NCBI GenBank assembly: GCA_963707025.1 | Contig: CAVPOM010000006.1 | Span: 563,369-627,368, forward strand | Length of the DNA stretch: 64,000 bases | From: an uncultured Verrucomicrobiae bacterium | Lineage (GTDB): Bacteria; Verrucomicrobiota; Verrucomicrobiia; Limisphaerales; Palsa-1400 | Direction: 5' to 3' | Part shown: in pieces, positions 49,507 to 59,356 of the stretch | Layout of the letters: every line of letters begins with the position of its first letter | Position numbering within the stretch: position 1 is the first letter of the stretch | Made by a program: the position numbers and the translations under genes | Notes under the pieces: generated by a model | Database searches by the model: none | Told to the model about the DNA's origin: nothing | Seen by the model: only the letters and a program-made list of their open reading frames with translations

Positions 49507-50217
49507 TCATTCCTCCTTTAAATACTCGATTTCCATTTTCGTAACCAATTCCTGGGCAAAATTGTCCAGTTCCACCGTCTGCACCCGCAGGCGGTGAACC
49601 AGATAATTGTAGCCGAACATGGAGGGAATGGCCACCACCAAACCGGCCACCGTGGTGATCAAGGCGGCCGAAACGCCGGGGGCCATGGTCTCCAGGGCGG
49701 CGCTTTGCTGCTGGCCGACCATGGCGAAGGTGTCCATCACGCCCCAGACGGTGCCGAGCAACCCCAGAAACGGGCCGCCGCTGACCGCGCTGGCCAGGAG
49801 AATCAAGCCGGCTTCCAGTTTGATGGACTCGCGGGCCACCGCGCTTTCCAGGGTGCGTTTGATGTGCTCCATGCCTTTGAGGGTGAGGCGGGGCTGGCGC
49901 TGGCCGCCGCCGGATTTGAGCCGGGCATCCAATTCCACGCAGCCCTCCTGATAGACGGCAAAAAACGGGCAGCCGAAGACCTCCAGGCGGCGGTCGAAGA
50001 TGCCGAGCACCTCCTTTTGGGCGCGGAACTCGGAATCGAAGTACTGATTGAGCTTTTTGGCGCGGCGCATTTGCAGGCCCTTGAAGACCATCATATACCA
50101 GGCGAAAATGGAGAACAGGGCCAGGACAACCAGGATGACGCGCGCCTCCACCGTGGCCCGCGACAACACAAAATGCAATTGTGTCTCGGCGAAAAAACTA
50201 ACGGGAACATTCATCAA
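49507..50217 (-). CDS. TolQ/ExbB (MotA family) proton channel
   Basis: PFLGLLGTVWGVM and APGVSAALITTVAGLVVAIPS motifs. Confidence 0.92.
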   Translation of the reverse strand: MMNVPVSFFAETQLHFVLSRATVEARVILVVLALFSIFAWYMMVFKGLQMRRAKKLNQYFDSEFRAQKEVLGIFDRRLEVFGCPFFAVYQEGCVELDARLKSGGGQRQPRLTLKGMEHIKRTLESAVARESIKLEAGLILLASAVSGGPFLGLLGTVWGVMDTFAMVGQQQSAALETMAPGVSAALITTVAGLVVAIPSMFGYNYLVHRLRVQTVELDNFAQELVTKMEIEYLKEE

Positions 50218-50472
50218 TCAACATCCGCCGCAGCCCCGGGGCTGCCGCGTCTCATCGGTGTAACGTGGAGGAATGAAATGGTCAAATTATTCACGTTCCA
50301 CCGCAATTCCGACCATCTGGGCGCCATACTAATCGAAAGAATTCTTTTGGCAACAACAATTCGCGAAGTATTTCAAATTATTTTCACGAGGCAAAACAAC
50401 GGCCCTGATGCCGCGCCCGGCCCCCGGGCCGGACTGAGGCCACGGGCAACCCGGTTTTGCCGCAACCCCGAA

Positions 50473-50550
50473 GGGAACCTCGGCAAAACGCCTGTAGCGG
50501 CGGTCTATGACCGCCGCTGTAATCGTGAGCGCGCGTTTTGCAGAGGTCCC
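50473..50550. mobile_element. MITE/REP composite, copy 3 (reverse orientation, internally deleted)
   Basis: ggaacctcggcaaaa...tgtagcggcggtctatgaccgccgc...ttttgcagaggtccc. Confidence 0.75.
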
Positions 50551-50587
50551 CTCAGGTGTTGCATCTCTCCTTCCGGCGCCCGCCGCC

Positions 50588-51490
50588 TCAATCGCTTTTC
50601 AGGTTCCTCACAAAAAAATCATACAGCCGGTCCAATTCCTCCCGCTCGCGAAAGGCCGCCCCGCCGTGCCCGCCGCCGGCAACGACGTGAAAAATGACGG
50701 GCACGCCCGCTTTTTGCAGCGCCTCCGCCAACGCCCGGCTTTGCTCCAGCGGCACCACAGGATCTTTGTCGCCGTGCATGATCAAAAACGGCGGGGCCTC
50801 CTTTGTGATGTAGCCAATGGGATTGGCGCGCGCCGCCTTCTCCGCGTTCTGCGCGATGGGGCCGCCAAGCAATCGTGATTCGGGCGAATCCGGCGCGGCA
50901 TGATTGATGTCGCTCGGATACTTTGTGATCTGCGCCAAATCCGTCGGCCCGAAGCAGTCGCAGACGGCCTGGACGCGGCTGGAAACGCCCGGATTATCGC
51001 CTTGGTCAAATTCCTTCACTCCGCCGGTGGTGCCGAGCATGGCGGCCAGGTGCCCGCCGGCCGATGCGCCCCAGACGCCGATGCGATTGGGATCAATTCC
51101 ATGTTCCGCCGCATGTGCCCGCAACCAGCGAATGGCCGCTTTGCAGTCCAGCAATTGGGCGGGGAAAATGGCCTCCTGGCTGAGCCGGTAATTGATGCTG
51201 GCCAACGCGAAGCCATGAATCAGGAAGCGCAGGCCGGGCGGTTGTTCTTTGCTGCCTTCCATCCAGCCGCCGCCATGAATCCAGACAATCAGGGGCCAAT
51301 TCGTTCCGCTGGCGGGAAGGTAGAGGTCCAGCTTCTGGTTCCCGGTGCCGTTGGCGACATAGGCGATATTGGTCAACATTCGGGCGCCGGGCGGCAGTTC
51401 TTGCGGCGCGTCCTGCCTGGGCGCATCGGCCGCGCGCCCGGACCACGCCAGCAAGGCGGCCAGACAGAAAGCGCCGCGAGCATTTTTCAT
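50588..51490 (-). CDS. Exported alpha/beta hydrolase (HSL/BD-FAE-like esterase)
   Basis: IHGGGW, GASAGGHLA, HGDKD.VVP and GGGHG motifs. Confidence 0.9.
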   Translation of the reverse strand: MKNARGAFCLAALLAWSGRAADAPRQDAPQELPPGARMLTNIAYVANGTGNQKLDLYLPASGTNWPLIVWIHGGGWMEGSKEQPPGLRFLIHGFALASINYRLSQEAIFPAQLLDCKAAIRWLRAHAAEHGIDPNRIGVWGASAGGHLAAMLGTTGGVKEFDQGDNPGVSSRVQAVCDCFGPTDLAQITKYPSDINHAAPDSPESRLLGGPIAQNAEKAARANPIGYITKEAPPFLIMHGDKDPVVPLEQSRALAEALQKAGVPVIFHVVAGGGHGGAAFREREELDRLYDFFVRNLKSD

Positions 51491-51599
51491 AATTCCAATC
51501 ATAAGATGCATTATTTCATGCTTTCGGTTTCTCTGCAAGTGGTCGCTGGAGTCGCCAGCGTCCTCCTATGAGAACCAGCGACGACTTGGGCAGCGTTTC

Positions 51600-51709
51600 G
51601 GGGAGCGCACGCGCCCTCGCGTGCAGTCAGCGACGCCCTCGTCGCTGACATCGGTCATTGGGTTCAGCGAAGGCGCTGAACCCGGCACGCGAGGGCGCGC
51701 GCGCTCCCC
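51600..51709. repeat. Cruciform REP-like element (outer inverted repeat plus two inner hairpins)
   Basis: ggggagcgcacgcgccctcgcgtgc / gcacgcgagggcgcgcgcgctcccc; inner gtcagcgacg/cgtcgctgac and gggttcagcg/cgctgaaccc. Confidence 0.75.
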
Positions 51710-51741
51710 AAATTGGCCGCTGCCGCGGAGGGGAGCACTGC

Positions 51742-53040
51742 TCACCTCAGCCACGAGGGGATTTTTTCGGCGGCCCAAATCTCTGTCACGCGCTGCCGGC
51801 GGCGCACCAGGGCCGACTTGGCCCCGTCCACTAAAACTTCAGCGGCCAGCGGGCGGGCGTTGTAGTTGGAGGCCATGACGAAACCGTAGGCCCCGGCGCT
51901 GAGCAAGGCCAGCAGATCGCCCTCCGCCACCGCCGGCAGGAGGCGGTCCTTGCAAAAGAAATCCGCCGATTCGCAAATCGGGCCAACCACGTCGCAGGAA
52001 ACCAGCCGGCCGCGGCGTTGGTTGACCGGAACAATTTCGTGGTAGGCATCGTAGAAGGCCGGCCGGATGAGGTCGTTCATGGCCGCGTCCACGATGATGA
52101 AGTTCTTCCGGCCGGTCTTCTTCACGTATTCGACCCGGGTGACCAGGATGCCGGCGTTGCCGGTGATGAAGCGTCCCGGCTCGATCAAGATTTTCAAATC
52201 CAGCGGCTGGAGCAGGGGTAGCAGGCTCGCGGCGTAAAGGGCCGGGGTCAGAATATCCTTGGCGCCAGGCCCCGACCACCACCCCGGCGCGCCGCTGGCC
52301 AGGGCCGGGTCATAGACAATGCCCAGCCCGCCCCCGATGCTGAAAAACTCCAAAGCATGCCGGGCGGCCAGGATGGCGACCAGCGGCAGCACTTTCCTGA
52401 CCGCCTTGGCGAAGGGCTGGACCTGGGTCAATTGCGAGCCGATGTGCATCTGCACCCCGCGCCAGCGCAGGTTTCTCAACCGGGCGCCGCGGGCATATAC
52501 TGCCTCCACCTCCTCCAGCGCGATGCCGAATTTATTTTCGTAAGTGCCCGTCGTGATTTTGGCGTGGGTGTGGGCGTCCACGTTGGGATTGACGCGCACG
52601 GCGACCGGGGCGATTTTTTTCAACTTGGCGGCGATGCGGTTGAGGCGGGCCAGTTCCGGCTCGCTTTCGGCGTTGAAACAATAAATTCCCTGGCGCAAGG
52701 CGAACTGGATTTCCTCCTCCCGCTTGCCCACGCCGGCGAAAACGCAGGCGCGCGGGTCGCCGCCGGCGGCCAGGACGCGCCGCAATTCGCCCTCGCTGAC
52801 GATGTTGAAGCCGCTGCCCAGATTGGCCAGGGTGCGCAGGACGGCCAGATTGGAATTGGCTTTCATGGCAAAGCAGATGCGGTGGTCCAGCGGGCGCAGC
52901 GCGGCGTCCAGGCGGGTAAAATGATCCGTCAGCGTCCGGCGGGAATAGATATACAGCGGCGTGCCGTATTTGCCGGCCAGCGCGCCCACCGGGACTCCTT
53001 CGCAAAAGAGCCGGCCATTCCGGTAACGAAATGAATGCAT
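51742..53040 (-). CDS. lysA: Diaminopimelate decarboxylase
   Basis: GTPLYIYS, FAMKANSN, NKFGI, HIGSQ, EPGR, GPICESAD and GAYGFVMASNYN motifs. Confidence 0.96.
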   Translation of the reverse strand: MHSFRYRNGRLFCEGVPVGALAGKYGTPLYIYSRRTLTDHFTRLDAALRPLDHRICFAMKANSNLAVLRTLANLGSGFNIVSEGELRRVLAAGGDPRACVFAGVGKREEEIQFALRQGIYCFNAESEPELARLNRIAAKLKKIAPVAVRVNPNVDAHTHAKITTGTYENKFGIALEEVEAVYARGARLRNLRWRGVQMHIGSQLTQVQPFAKAVRKVLPLVAILAARHALEFFSIGGGLGIVYDPALASGAPGWWSGPGAKDILTPALYAASLLPLLQPLDLKILIEPGRFITGNAGILVTRVEYVKKTGRKNFIIVDAAMNDLIRPAFYDAYHEIVPVNQRRGRLVSCDVVGPICESADFFCKDRLLPAVAEGDLLALLSAGAYGFVMASNYNARPLAAEVLVDGAKSALVRRRQRVTEIWAAEKIPSWLR

Positions 53041-53266
53041 TCCTTTTGGTTAAGGCTTAACGTCCAAATGATAAAGCGCAAAATTGTAATGCGTCAGAAG
53101 CTGTGAAAAAATTGAAAACGACCCAAATTCATTTTCTTCTCCACCTGGGCTTGACAAAAATTAGAACCTATGGTTGAATTGTCAGCGTGAGACACGTAGG
53201 CACAGTCCAAGGCCGCATCCGGGAGGATGCGCCCAGCGCAGGCCCGGCGGCCGCGGAGATTGATCC

Positions 53267-53290
53267 GGCAAGTTGACCTTGCCATTTTTT
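53267..53290 (+). terminator. Putative intrinsic terminator
   Basis: GGCAAG-ttgac-CTTGCC hairpin followed by ATTTTTT. Confidence 0.5.
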
Positions 53291-53347
53291 ATGCTCGCAG
53301 CATCGAAAAATCGCATGTTTCCGCGGCTTCCGCGCCTCTTTGCCAAA

Positions 53348-53383
53348 AATCAATGGAACTGCCTTCCCATGAACCGTTTACGC
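53348..53383. repeat. Dispersed 36-bp conserved core, copy B
   Basis: aatcaatggaactgccttcccatgaaccgtttacgc; followed by AATCAAG repeats and CACTCCAT repeats. Confidence 0.7.
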
Positions 53384-53526
53384 TCCAAACTGGAGCTGTT
53401 TCCAAGCAAACCCACAAGCCAAATCAAGCCTAATCAAGGTAATTTTCTGAAACTGCCATGCCCAGCACTCCATCACTCCATCCGCAGTTCCGGTCCGGCT
53501 TTTGCGGGTTTTTCGCGGATGCTTCC

Positions 53527-53561
53527 CATTTATCATTTAGCATTTATCCTTTATCATTTTC
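53527..53561. repeat. Tandem heptamer repeat (CATTTAT-like x5)
   Basis: catttat catttag catttat cctttat cattttc just before the ATG at 53574. Confidence 0.7.
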
Positions 53562-53573
53562 CCCTGTGATGCC

Positions 53574-55346
53574 ATGAACCGCAAACAGATATTGGGCGCG
53601 GCCGCCCTTTTGGCGGCCATCACCGTGCTGGTGTATTGCCCGGCGATGCGGGCGGGCTTCATTTGGGATGACGGCGACATGGTGACCAACAATCCGCTGC
53701 TCAAATCCGCCCGCGGTCTGCAGGATATTTGGCTGGGGAAAAATCTGACCGATTATCATCCGCTGACCTATTCGGTTTTTTGGCTGGAATGGCGCTGTTG
53801 GGGAATGCACCCGGCCGGTTATCACGCCGTCAATATTCTCCTGCACGCCGCCAGCGTGATTTTGCTTTGGCTGGTGTTGCGAAAATTGCGGATTCCGGGA
53901 AGCTGGCTGGCGGCGCTTTTGTTTGGGGTGCATCCGGTTTGTGTGGCGTCGGTGGCGTGGATCGCCGAGTTGAAAAACACGCTGGCCATGGTGTTTTATT
54001 TGGCCGCCCTGTGGTGCTGGTTGCGCTCTGAAGAAGGGACGGAAGGGAACCGGCGATACTCCGCGCTGGCGCTGGTGGCTTTTCTTCTGGCCTTGCTGGC
54101 CAAAGTGTCGGTGGTGGTTCTTCCCGTGGTGCTGCTCCTCCTGGCCTGGTGGCAGCGCGGGAGGATTTCGCGGCGGGATTGGGAGCGGGCGGCGCCGTTT
54201 TTTCTTCTGGCGGTGGCGCTCGGATTGTTCGGGATGACCTTCCAGAACAAATACACCGCGCTCAATGATCCGTTGCCGGTGCGGTTGCTCGGGGGGGGTT
54301 GGGCCGTCTGGTTTTATTTATGGAAAATCTTCTGGCCCGTCCATCTGACCATTATTTATCCGCGCTGGAACATCCAGGCGGCGTCGCCGGCCGCGTGGAT
54401 TCCGGGGCTTTGCTTTGCGGCCATGCTCTTTGTCTTTTGGCGCAAGCGGGCCGGCTGGGGCAGGCCGCTGTTGTTTGCGACGGGCTATTTCGTCATCGCG
54501 CTCGCGCCGGTGCTGGGGCCGTTCAAGCTGGTGTATCTGTATTTTTCCCAGGTCGCCGATCATCTGCAATACCTGGCCATGCCCGCCATCATCGCGCTGG
54601 CCACCGCCGCCGGATGCCAATGGTTCGGACTGAGCAGGTGGACGCGGCGCGCACTGGCCGCGGCGGTGGCGGCGGTGCTGGCGGTTTTGACGTGGCAGAA
54701 CCAAAGCCGCTTCGCCGACATGTCCAGCATGTGGCGGGATAATCTGGCCAACAATCCCAATTCCTTTCAGGCCTTGCTTTTTGTGGGGGCCGAAGAGGAG
54801 AGCCGGGGCCGCTACGAACAGGCCGGCGATTTATTCCGGCGGGCGCTGGCGCTGCGCCCGCAATCCCCGGAGGCGAATTTGAACCTTGGAATTGTACTTG
54901 ACGACCAGGGCCGGACGGAGGAGGCCATGGCCCAGGCGGAAAAGGCGCTGCGGATCAAGCCCGGCGATGCGGATGCGCATGTTCTAATGGCGTGGTTGCT
55001 GGAGAAGAAGGGCTTGCCGGACGAAGCGGCCCGACATTTGCGCGAGGCCGTCCGGGTGGCGCCGGACAATGTTGCGGCCCATCAAAACCTGGGGAATCTG
55101 CTTGTCAAACAAGGGCGCTTGGATGAAGCGGTGCAACAATTTGGCGAGGCCCTGAACCTGAAATTAGATGATCCCGCGCTTTTTGTGGCCCTGGGCAACG
55201 CGCAGGGGAGAAGAGGGGATCTGGAGGCCGCAGGCAAGTGTTTCCAGAAGGCGCTGAGCCTGGACCCCAACAGCGCCGGCGCGCAGAAAGGTCTGGCCGC
55301 CGTGCGTCAAATGCAGGGCGCCACCAATGCGACCCCGCGCCCATAG
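53574..55346 (+). CDS. TMTC-like multi-TM glycosyltransferase-like protein with TPR repeats
   Basis: FIWDD, YHPLTYS.FWLEW, HPVCVASVAWIAELKN and VADHLQYL motifs; C-terminal TPRs. Confidence 0.85.
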   Translation: MNRKQILGAAALLAAITVLVYCPAMRAGFIWDDGDMVTNNPLLKSARGLQDIWLGKNLTDYHPLTYSVFWLEWRCWGMHPAGYHAVNILLHAASVILLWLVLRKLRIPGSWLAALLFGVHPVCVASVAWIAELKNTLAMVFYLAALWCWLRSEEGTEGNRRYSALALVAFLLALLAKVSVVVLPVVLLLLAWWQRGRISRRDWERAAPFFLLAVALGLFGMTFQNKYTALNDPLPVRLLGGGWAVWFYLWKIFWPVHLTIIYPRWNIQAASPAAWIPGLCFAAMLFVFWRKRAGWGRPLLFATGYFVIALAPVLGPFKLVYLYFSQVADHLQYLAMPAIIALATAAGCQWFGLSRWTRRALAAAVAAVLAVLTWQNQSRFADMSSMWRDNLANNPNSFQALLFVGAEEESRGRYEQAGDLFRRALALRPQSPEANLNLGIVLDDQGRTEEAMAQAEKALRIKPGDADAHVLMAWLLEKKGLPDEAARHLREAVRVAPDNVAAHQNLGNLLVKQGRLDEAVQQFGEALNLKLDDPALFVALGNAQGRRGDLEAAGKCFQKALSLDPNSAGAQKGLAAVRQMQGATNATPRP

Positions 55347-55351
55347 CGGGC

Positions 55352-55414
55352 TTTGCAGTGTGCCGAGGCGTCGGCACCACTTTCAAAAGCGGGAGCAAGC
55401 TCCTGCACTCCAAA
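55352..55414. repeat. GGAGTG-type REP-like palindrome pair between convergent genes
   Basis: tttgcagtgtgccgaggcgtcggcaccacttt / aaagcgggagcaagctcctgcactccaaa. Confidence 0.6.
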
Positions 55415-55425
55415 TTTCGAAGTTT

Positions 55426-56928
55426 TTATTTTGGCGCAGCCAAACGCGCCTCCTGCTGCACCTTGGAGTGGCGCCGGCCGTAGCAGAAGTAGATCGCCAA
55501 CCCGATGGCCATCCAGACAATCAACCGCGCCCAGGTGTCGTGCGGCAGATTGTACATCAGTATAAAACAAGCACCGGCGCCAAGAGGCGAAACCAGCCAA
55601 AAGAGTGGCGTCCGGAAGGGCCGCTGGATGTCGGGGTGGGTGAAACGCAGAACAAAGATGCCGATGCAGACAATCGCAAAAGCCAGCAAGGTGCCGATGG
55701 AAACCAGTTCGCCCAACAGCCCGATGGGGAAGAGTCCCGCGATCAACATGGCGAGGAACCCGGTTAGGATGGTCGCGAGCCACGGGGTCCGAAACTTGGG
55801 ATGGACGGCGCTGAACTTCTGCGGCAGCAGACCATCTTTGGACATGCTGTAAAAAATGCGCGGCTGGCCCAGCATCATGACCAGGATGACCGAGGAAAGC
55901 CCGGCGATGGCCCCCACTTTGATAATGGGCCGCAACCAGGCCACCCCGGTACCGAGGGAATTAATCGCCACCGCCATCGGGTCGGGAACATTCAACTGCG
56001 TGTATTTAATGATTCCGGTCAGGACCAGTGCGACAATTATGTAAAGAATGGTGCAGATCCCCAGCGAAGCCAGAATTCCAATGGGCATGTCCCGCTGGGG
56101 ATTCTTGGCCTCCTGCGCTGCCGTCGAGACCGCGTCAAACCCGATGTAAGCAAAGAAGATTACGCCAGCCCCGCGCAGCACTCCGGACCAGCCAAATTCG
56201 CCGGCGCCTGTCGCCGGAGGGACGAAAGGATGCCAGTTGCCGGCATTGAGGTAGCACACGCCCACGGCAATGAAGGCAACGATGACCGTCAGCTTGATGG
56301 CCACGATGATGTTGTTGAACGTGGCCGATTCTTTGATGCCGATCACCAGCAGCACCGTGATGATCGCCACGATGCACATGGCCGGCACATTCAGCACCGC
56401 CTCGCTGCTGGTCCGGGTCCAACCATGGGCGAAAAGCTGCCAGATATTCCACCCGGCGCCGGCCTGCGCAACATGGTCATAGGGTGCTTTGGTGAACGCC
56501 GCGGGAATATTGATCCCAAGATCTTTCAGAAACGAAACCACATAGCCGGACCACCCCACCGCCACGGTGGAGGCGGCAAACAGGTATTCCAGGATCAAGT
56601 CCCACCCGATAATCCAGGCGACAAACTCCCCCAGCGTGGCATAACTGTAAGTATAGGCCGAGCCGGAAACCGGAATCATGGAGGAAAACTCCGCATAGCA
56701 CAGTCCCGCCAGCCCGCAGGCGAACCCTGCCAAAATGAACGAGAAGACAATGGCCGGTCCGGCGTACTTGGCCGCAGCCTGGCCGGTCAGGACAAAAATG
56801 CCCGCCCCGATCACCGCGCCAATTCCCAGGGTGGTGAGATTCAGCGGACCAAGCGCGCGGCGCAGGCTGTGATCCTGAAGCACCTCCGCCTGGAGGTCGC
56901 TCATCTTTCGACGGAGGAACAAATTCAT
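55426..56928 (-). CDS. APC-family amino acid permease (cationic amino acid transporter-like)
   Basis: GIGAVIGAGIF, GSAYTYSYATLGE, FFAYIGFDAVST.AQEAKNPQRD and GQPRIFYSM motifs. Confidence 0.92.
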   Translation of the reverse strand: MNLFLRRKMSDLQAEVLQDHSLRRALGPLNLTTLGIGAVIGAGIFVLTGQAAAKYAGPAIVFSFILAGFACGLAGLCYAEFSSMIPVSGSAYTYSYATLGEFVAWIIGWDLILEYLFAASTVAVGWSGYVVSFLKDLGINIPAAFTKAPYDHVAQAGAGWNIWQLFAHGWTRTSSEAVLNVPAMCIVAIITVLLVIGIKESATFNNIIVAIKLTVIVAFIAVGVCYLNAGNWHPFVPPATGAGEFGWSGVLRGAGVIFFAYIGFDAVSTAAQEAKNPQRDMPIGILASLGICTILYIIVALVLTGIIKYTQLNVPDPMAVAINSLGTGVAWLRPIIKVGAIAGLSSVILVMMLGQPRIFYSMSKDGLLPQKFSAVHPKFRTPWLATILTGFLAMLIAGLFPIGLLGELVSIGTLLAFAIVCIGIFVLRFTHPDIQRPFRTPLFWLVSPLGAGACFILMYNLPHDTWARLIVWMAIGLAIYFCYGRRHSKVQQEARLAAPK

Positions 56929-57133
56929 GAATAGTGATTTTGGGCAATTCGATTGCTGGCGCTCGTCAATAGTTGAGCCGCGCAACGAAGTCAAGGAAAT
57001 GCTGAAAATGACACTGTTTATCTCCCGCCTCGGCCGTGCCGGGCCCGGTCCTCGCCGCCGTCAAACGGAAACGGGATTGAAAAGGGGCGCCGGATTCTTT
57101 AGCGTGCGGCCTGTTGGCCCGGATAACGGCAAA

Positions 57134-58327
57134 ATGAAGCGCAAAAATTTTATGATGAGACAACCAATTTTGACCGGCCAATGGCTGCGCGGCTTGAGTC
57201 TGCCGCTGGCGGCGGCGTGCGGTTTGTTTGTGGCGGCGGGCTTGACGGGCTGCCATAAATCAGGCGGGGGTGATGTCATCAAAGTGGGCGAATACGCCTC
57301 GCTCACGGGCAAGGAGGCCTCCTTCGGCCAGATGTCGCATCACGGCACCGAACTGGCCATTGACGAGGTCAACGCCCGGGGCGGCGTGCTCGGGAAGAAA
57401 CTACAGTTGTTGACGGAGGACAACCAATCCAAACAGGGCGAGTCCAAAACGTGCGCGGACAAGTTGATCGCGCGCGACGGGGTGATTGCCCTGCTGGGAG
57501 AGGCCTCGTCGGGCCGTTCCTTGGAAGCGGCCCCCATCTGCCAGCAGGAGAAGATTCCCATGATCGCGCCCTCGTCGGTTGACCCGAAGGTGACCGAGAC
57601 GGGCGATTATATTTTCCGGGTTTGTTTCGTCAGTTCCTTTCAGGCCCGGGTGATGGCGAAGTTCGCGCTCCAAACCTTGAAATTGAAGAATGTGGCCGTG
57701 CTGACCGATGTGGGGCTGCCTTACAGCGTGGGCCTGGCCGATCCCTTCAAACCGGCCTTTGTGGCGGGCGGCGGAAAAATCGTCGCGGAACAAAATTACA
57801 CCAGCGGCGGCACGGATTTTCGGGCGCAATTGACGGCGATCAAGGCGGCCAGGCCGGATGGCATTTTCGTCCCCGGTTACTATACCGAGGCGGGGCTGAT
57901 TTGCCGGCAGGCCAGGGAGCTGGGCATCAACGCGCCCATCTTCGGCGGAGACGGGTGGGAATCCATGAAGCTGGTGGAGATCGGCGGGCCGGCAGTGGAA
58001 GGGACGTATTTCTCGACGCATTTTTCGCCCGGGCAAAAGACCCCGGCGGTGCAGGAATTTGCCAAAAAATTCGTTGCGAAATACGGAGTGGACCCGGATG
58101 CCATGGCGGCGCTGGGTTACGATTCGGCCATGCTGCTGGCCGACGCCCTGAAGCGCGCCGGCACGACGGACGGGCCGAAGCTGCGCGAGGCGCTGGCGGC
58201 GACAAAGGATTTTCCGGGGATCACCGGGAGCATTACGATTGACAAAGACCGCAATGCGAGCAAGCCGGCGGTCATTTTGAAGGTGACGGGCGGCAAGTTT
58301 GAGTATCTGGAAACGATCAATCCATAA
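57134..58327 (+). CDS. Branched-chain amino acid ABC transporter substrate-binding lipoprotein (LivK-like); start uncertain
   Basis: LTGC lipobox; IKVG..ASLTG, N..GGVLG, YIFRVCF and ALGYD motifs. Confidence 0.9.
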   Translation: MKRKNFMMRQPILTGQWLRGLSLPLAAACGLFVAAGLTGCHKSGGGDVIKVGEYASLTGKEASFGQMSHHGTELAIDEVNARGGVLGKKLQLLTEDNQSKQGESKTCADKLIARDGVIALLGEASSGRSLEAAPICQQEKIPMIAPSSVDPKVTETGDYIFRVCFVSSFQARVMAKFALQTLKLKNVAVLTDVGLPYSVGLADPFKPAFVAGGGKIVAEQNYTSGGTDFRAQLTAIKAARPDGIFVPGYYTEAGLICRQARELGINAPIFGGDGWESMKLVEIGGPAVEGTYFSTHFSPGQKTPAVQEFAKKFVAKYGVDPDAMAALGYDSAMLLADALKRAGTTDGPKLREALAATKDFPGITGSITIDKDRNASKPAVILKVTGGKFEYLETINP

Positions 58328-58409
58328 AGGCGCGGCCCTTGACAGAATTTCCTCCACAACTCATCCACGATGCGGCGGCCAGCGGACTGGCCGCCCTACC
58401 GTCCTCGTT

Positions 58410-59351
58410 TTGACCGAATACCTCCAACAACTGATCAACGGCCTGTCGCTGGGGGCGGTCTATGCCTTGCTCGCCCTGGGCTACACGATGGTGTACGGGA
58501 TTCTGCGCTTCATCAATTTTGCCCACTGCGATGTTTTCATGGTGGGCGCGTTTGTCGGCTATTATGCGGTGACGCCCTGCACCATCCGTGTGGCCCAAAT
58601 CGGGCTGTCGCTTCCGGTCAATCTGCATATCGGGACCCATTCCATCGCCGGCGGCCTGCTGGCGCTGCTGATCTCGATGGCCTTTTGCGCGTTGCTCGGA
58701 ATCCTCATCGAACGCCTGGCTTACCGGCCGTTGCGCCAGCGCTCCAAGTTGACCGTCCTGATCACGGCCATCGGCGTCTCGCTGCTGTTGGAGAGCCTGG
58801 GGCAGTTGATCTTCAAGGCCGACCCGAAGCCGTTCCCCGAACTGTTTCCGGTGCGGGAATTTTCCGGGGCCGGACTCAATGTCTCCAGCAACCAACTGCT
58901 GGTCATCGGGGCGCTGGTGGTTTTATTGCTCGGATTGCAATTCATCGTGCTGAAAACGAAAATGGGGACGGCCATGCGGGCGGTGTCCTTCAATCCTGTC
59001 GCCGCGTCGCTGGTGGGGATCAACAATGACCGGGTGATTTCCTTCACCTTCGGCCTTGGCTCGGCGCTGGCGGCGGCGGGCGGCATTCTTTACGCGATGA
59101 ATTATCCGTCCATTCAACCTTACATGGGGATTTTGCCCGGGTTGAAGGCCTTTGTGGCGGCGGTGCTGGGAGGCATCGGCAACATTCCCGGCGCGGCCTT
59201 GGGCGGAGTGCTCCTGGGTTTGATTGAGACGCTTGTCAACGGCAGCCATTATTCCACTTACACCGATGCGATTGCCTTTGCGGTTTTGATTTTGATTTTG
59301 CTCTTCCGGCCGGCCGGGCTGCTGGGGAAGGTGGAAGTGGAGAAAGTTTGA
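58410..59351 (+). CDS. livH: Branched-chain amino acid ABC permease LivH
   Basis: NGLSLGAVYALLALGYTMVYGIL.FINFAH and KAFVAAVLGGIG motifs; TTG start. Confidence 0.9.
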   Translation: MTEYLQQLINGLSLGAVYALLALGYTMVYGILRFINFAHCDVFMVGAFVGYYAVTPCTIRVAQIGLSLPVNLHIGTHSIAGGLLALLISMAFCALLGILIERLAYRPLRQRSKLTVLITAIGVSLLLESLGQLIFKADPKPFPELFPVREFSGAGLNVSSNQLLVIGALVVLLLGLQFIVLKTKMGTAMRAVSFNPVAASLVGINNDRVISFTFGLGSALAAAGGILYAMNYPSIQPYMGILPGLKAFVAAVLGGIGNIPGAALGGVLLGLIETLVNGSHYSTYTDAIAFAVLILILLFRPAGLLGKVEVEKV

Positions 59352-59356
59352 GGCGC

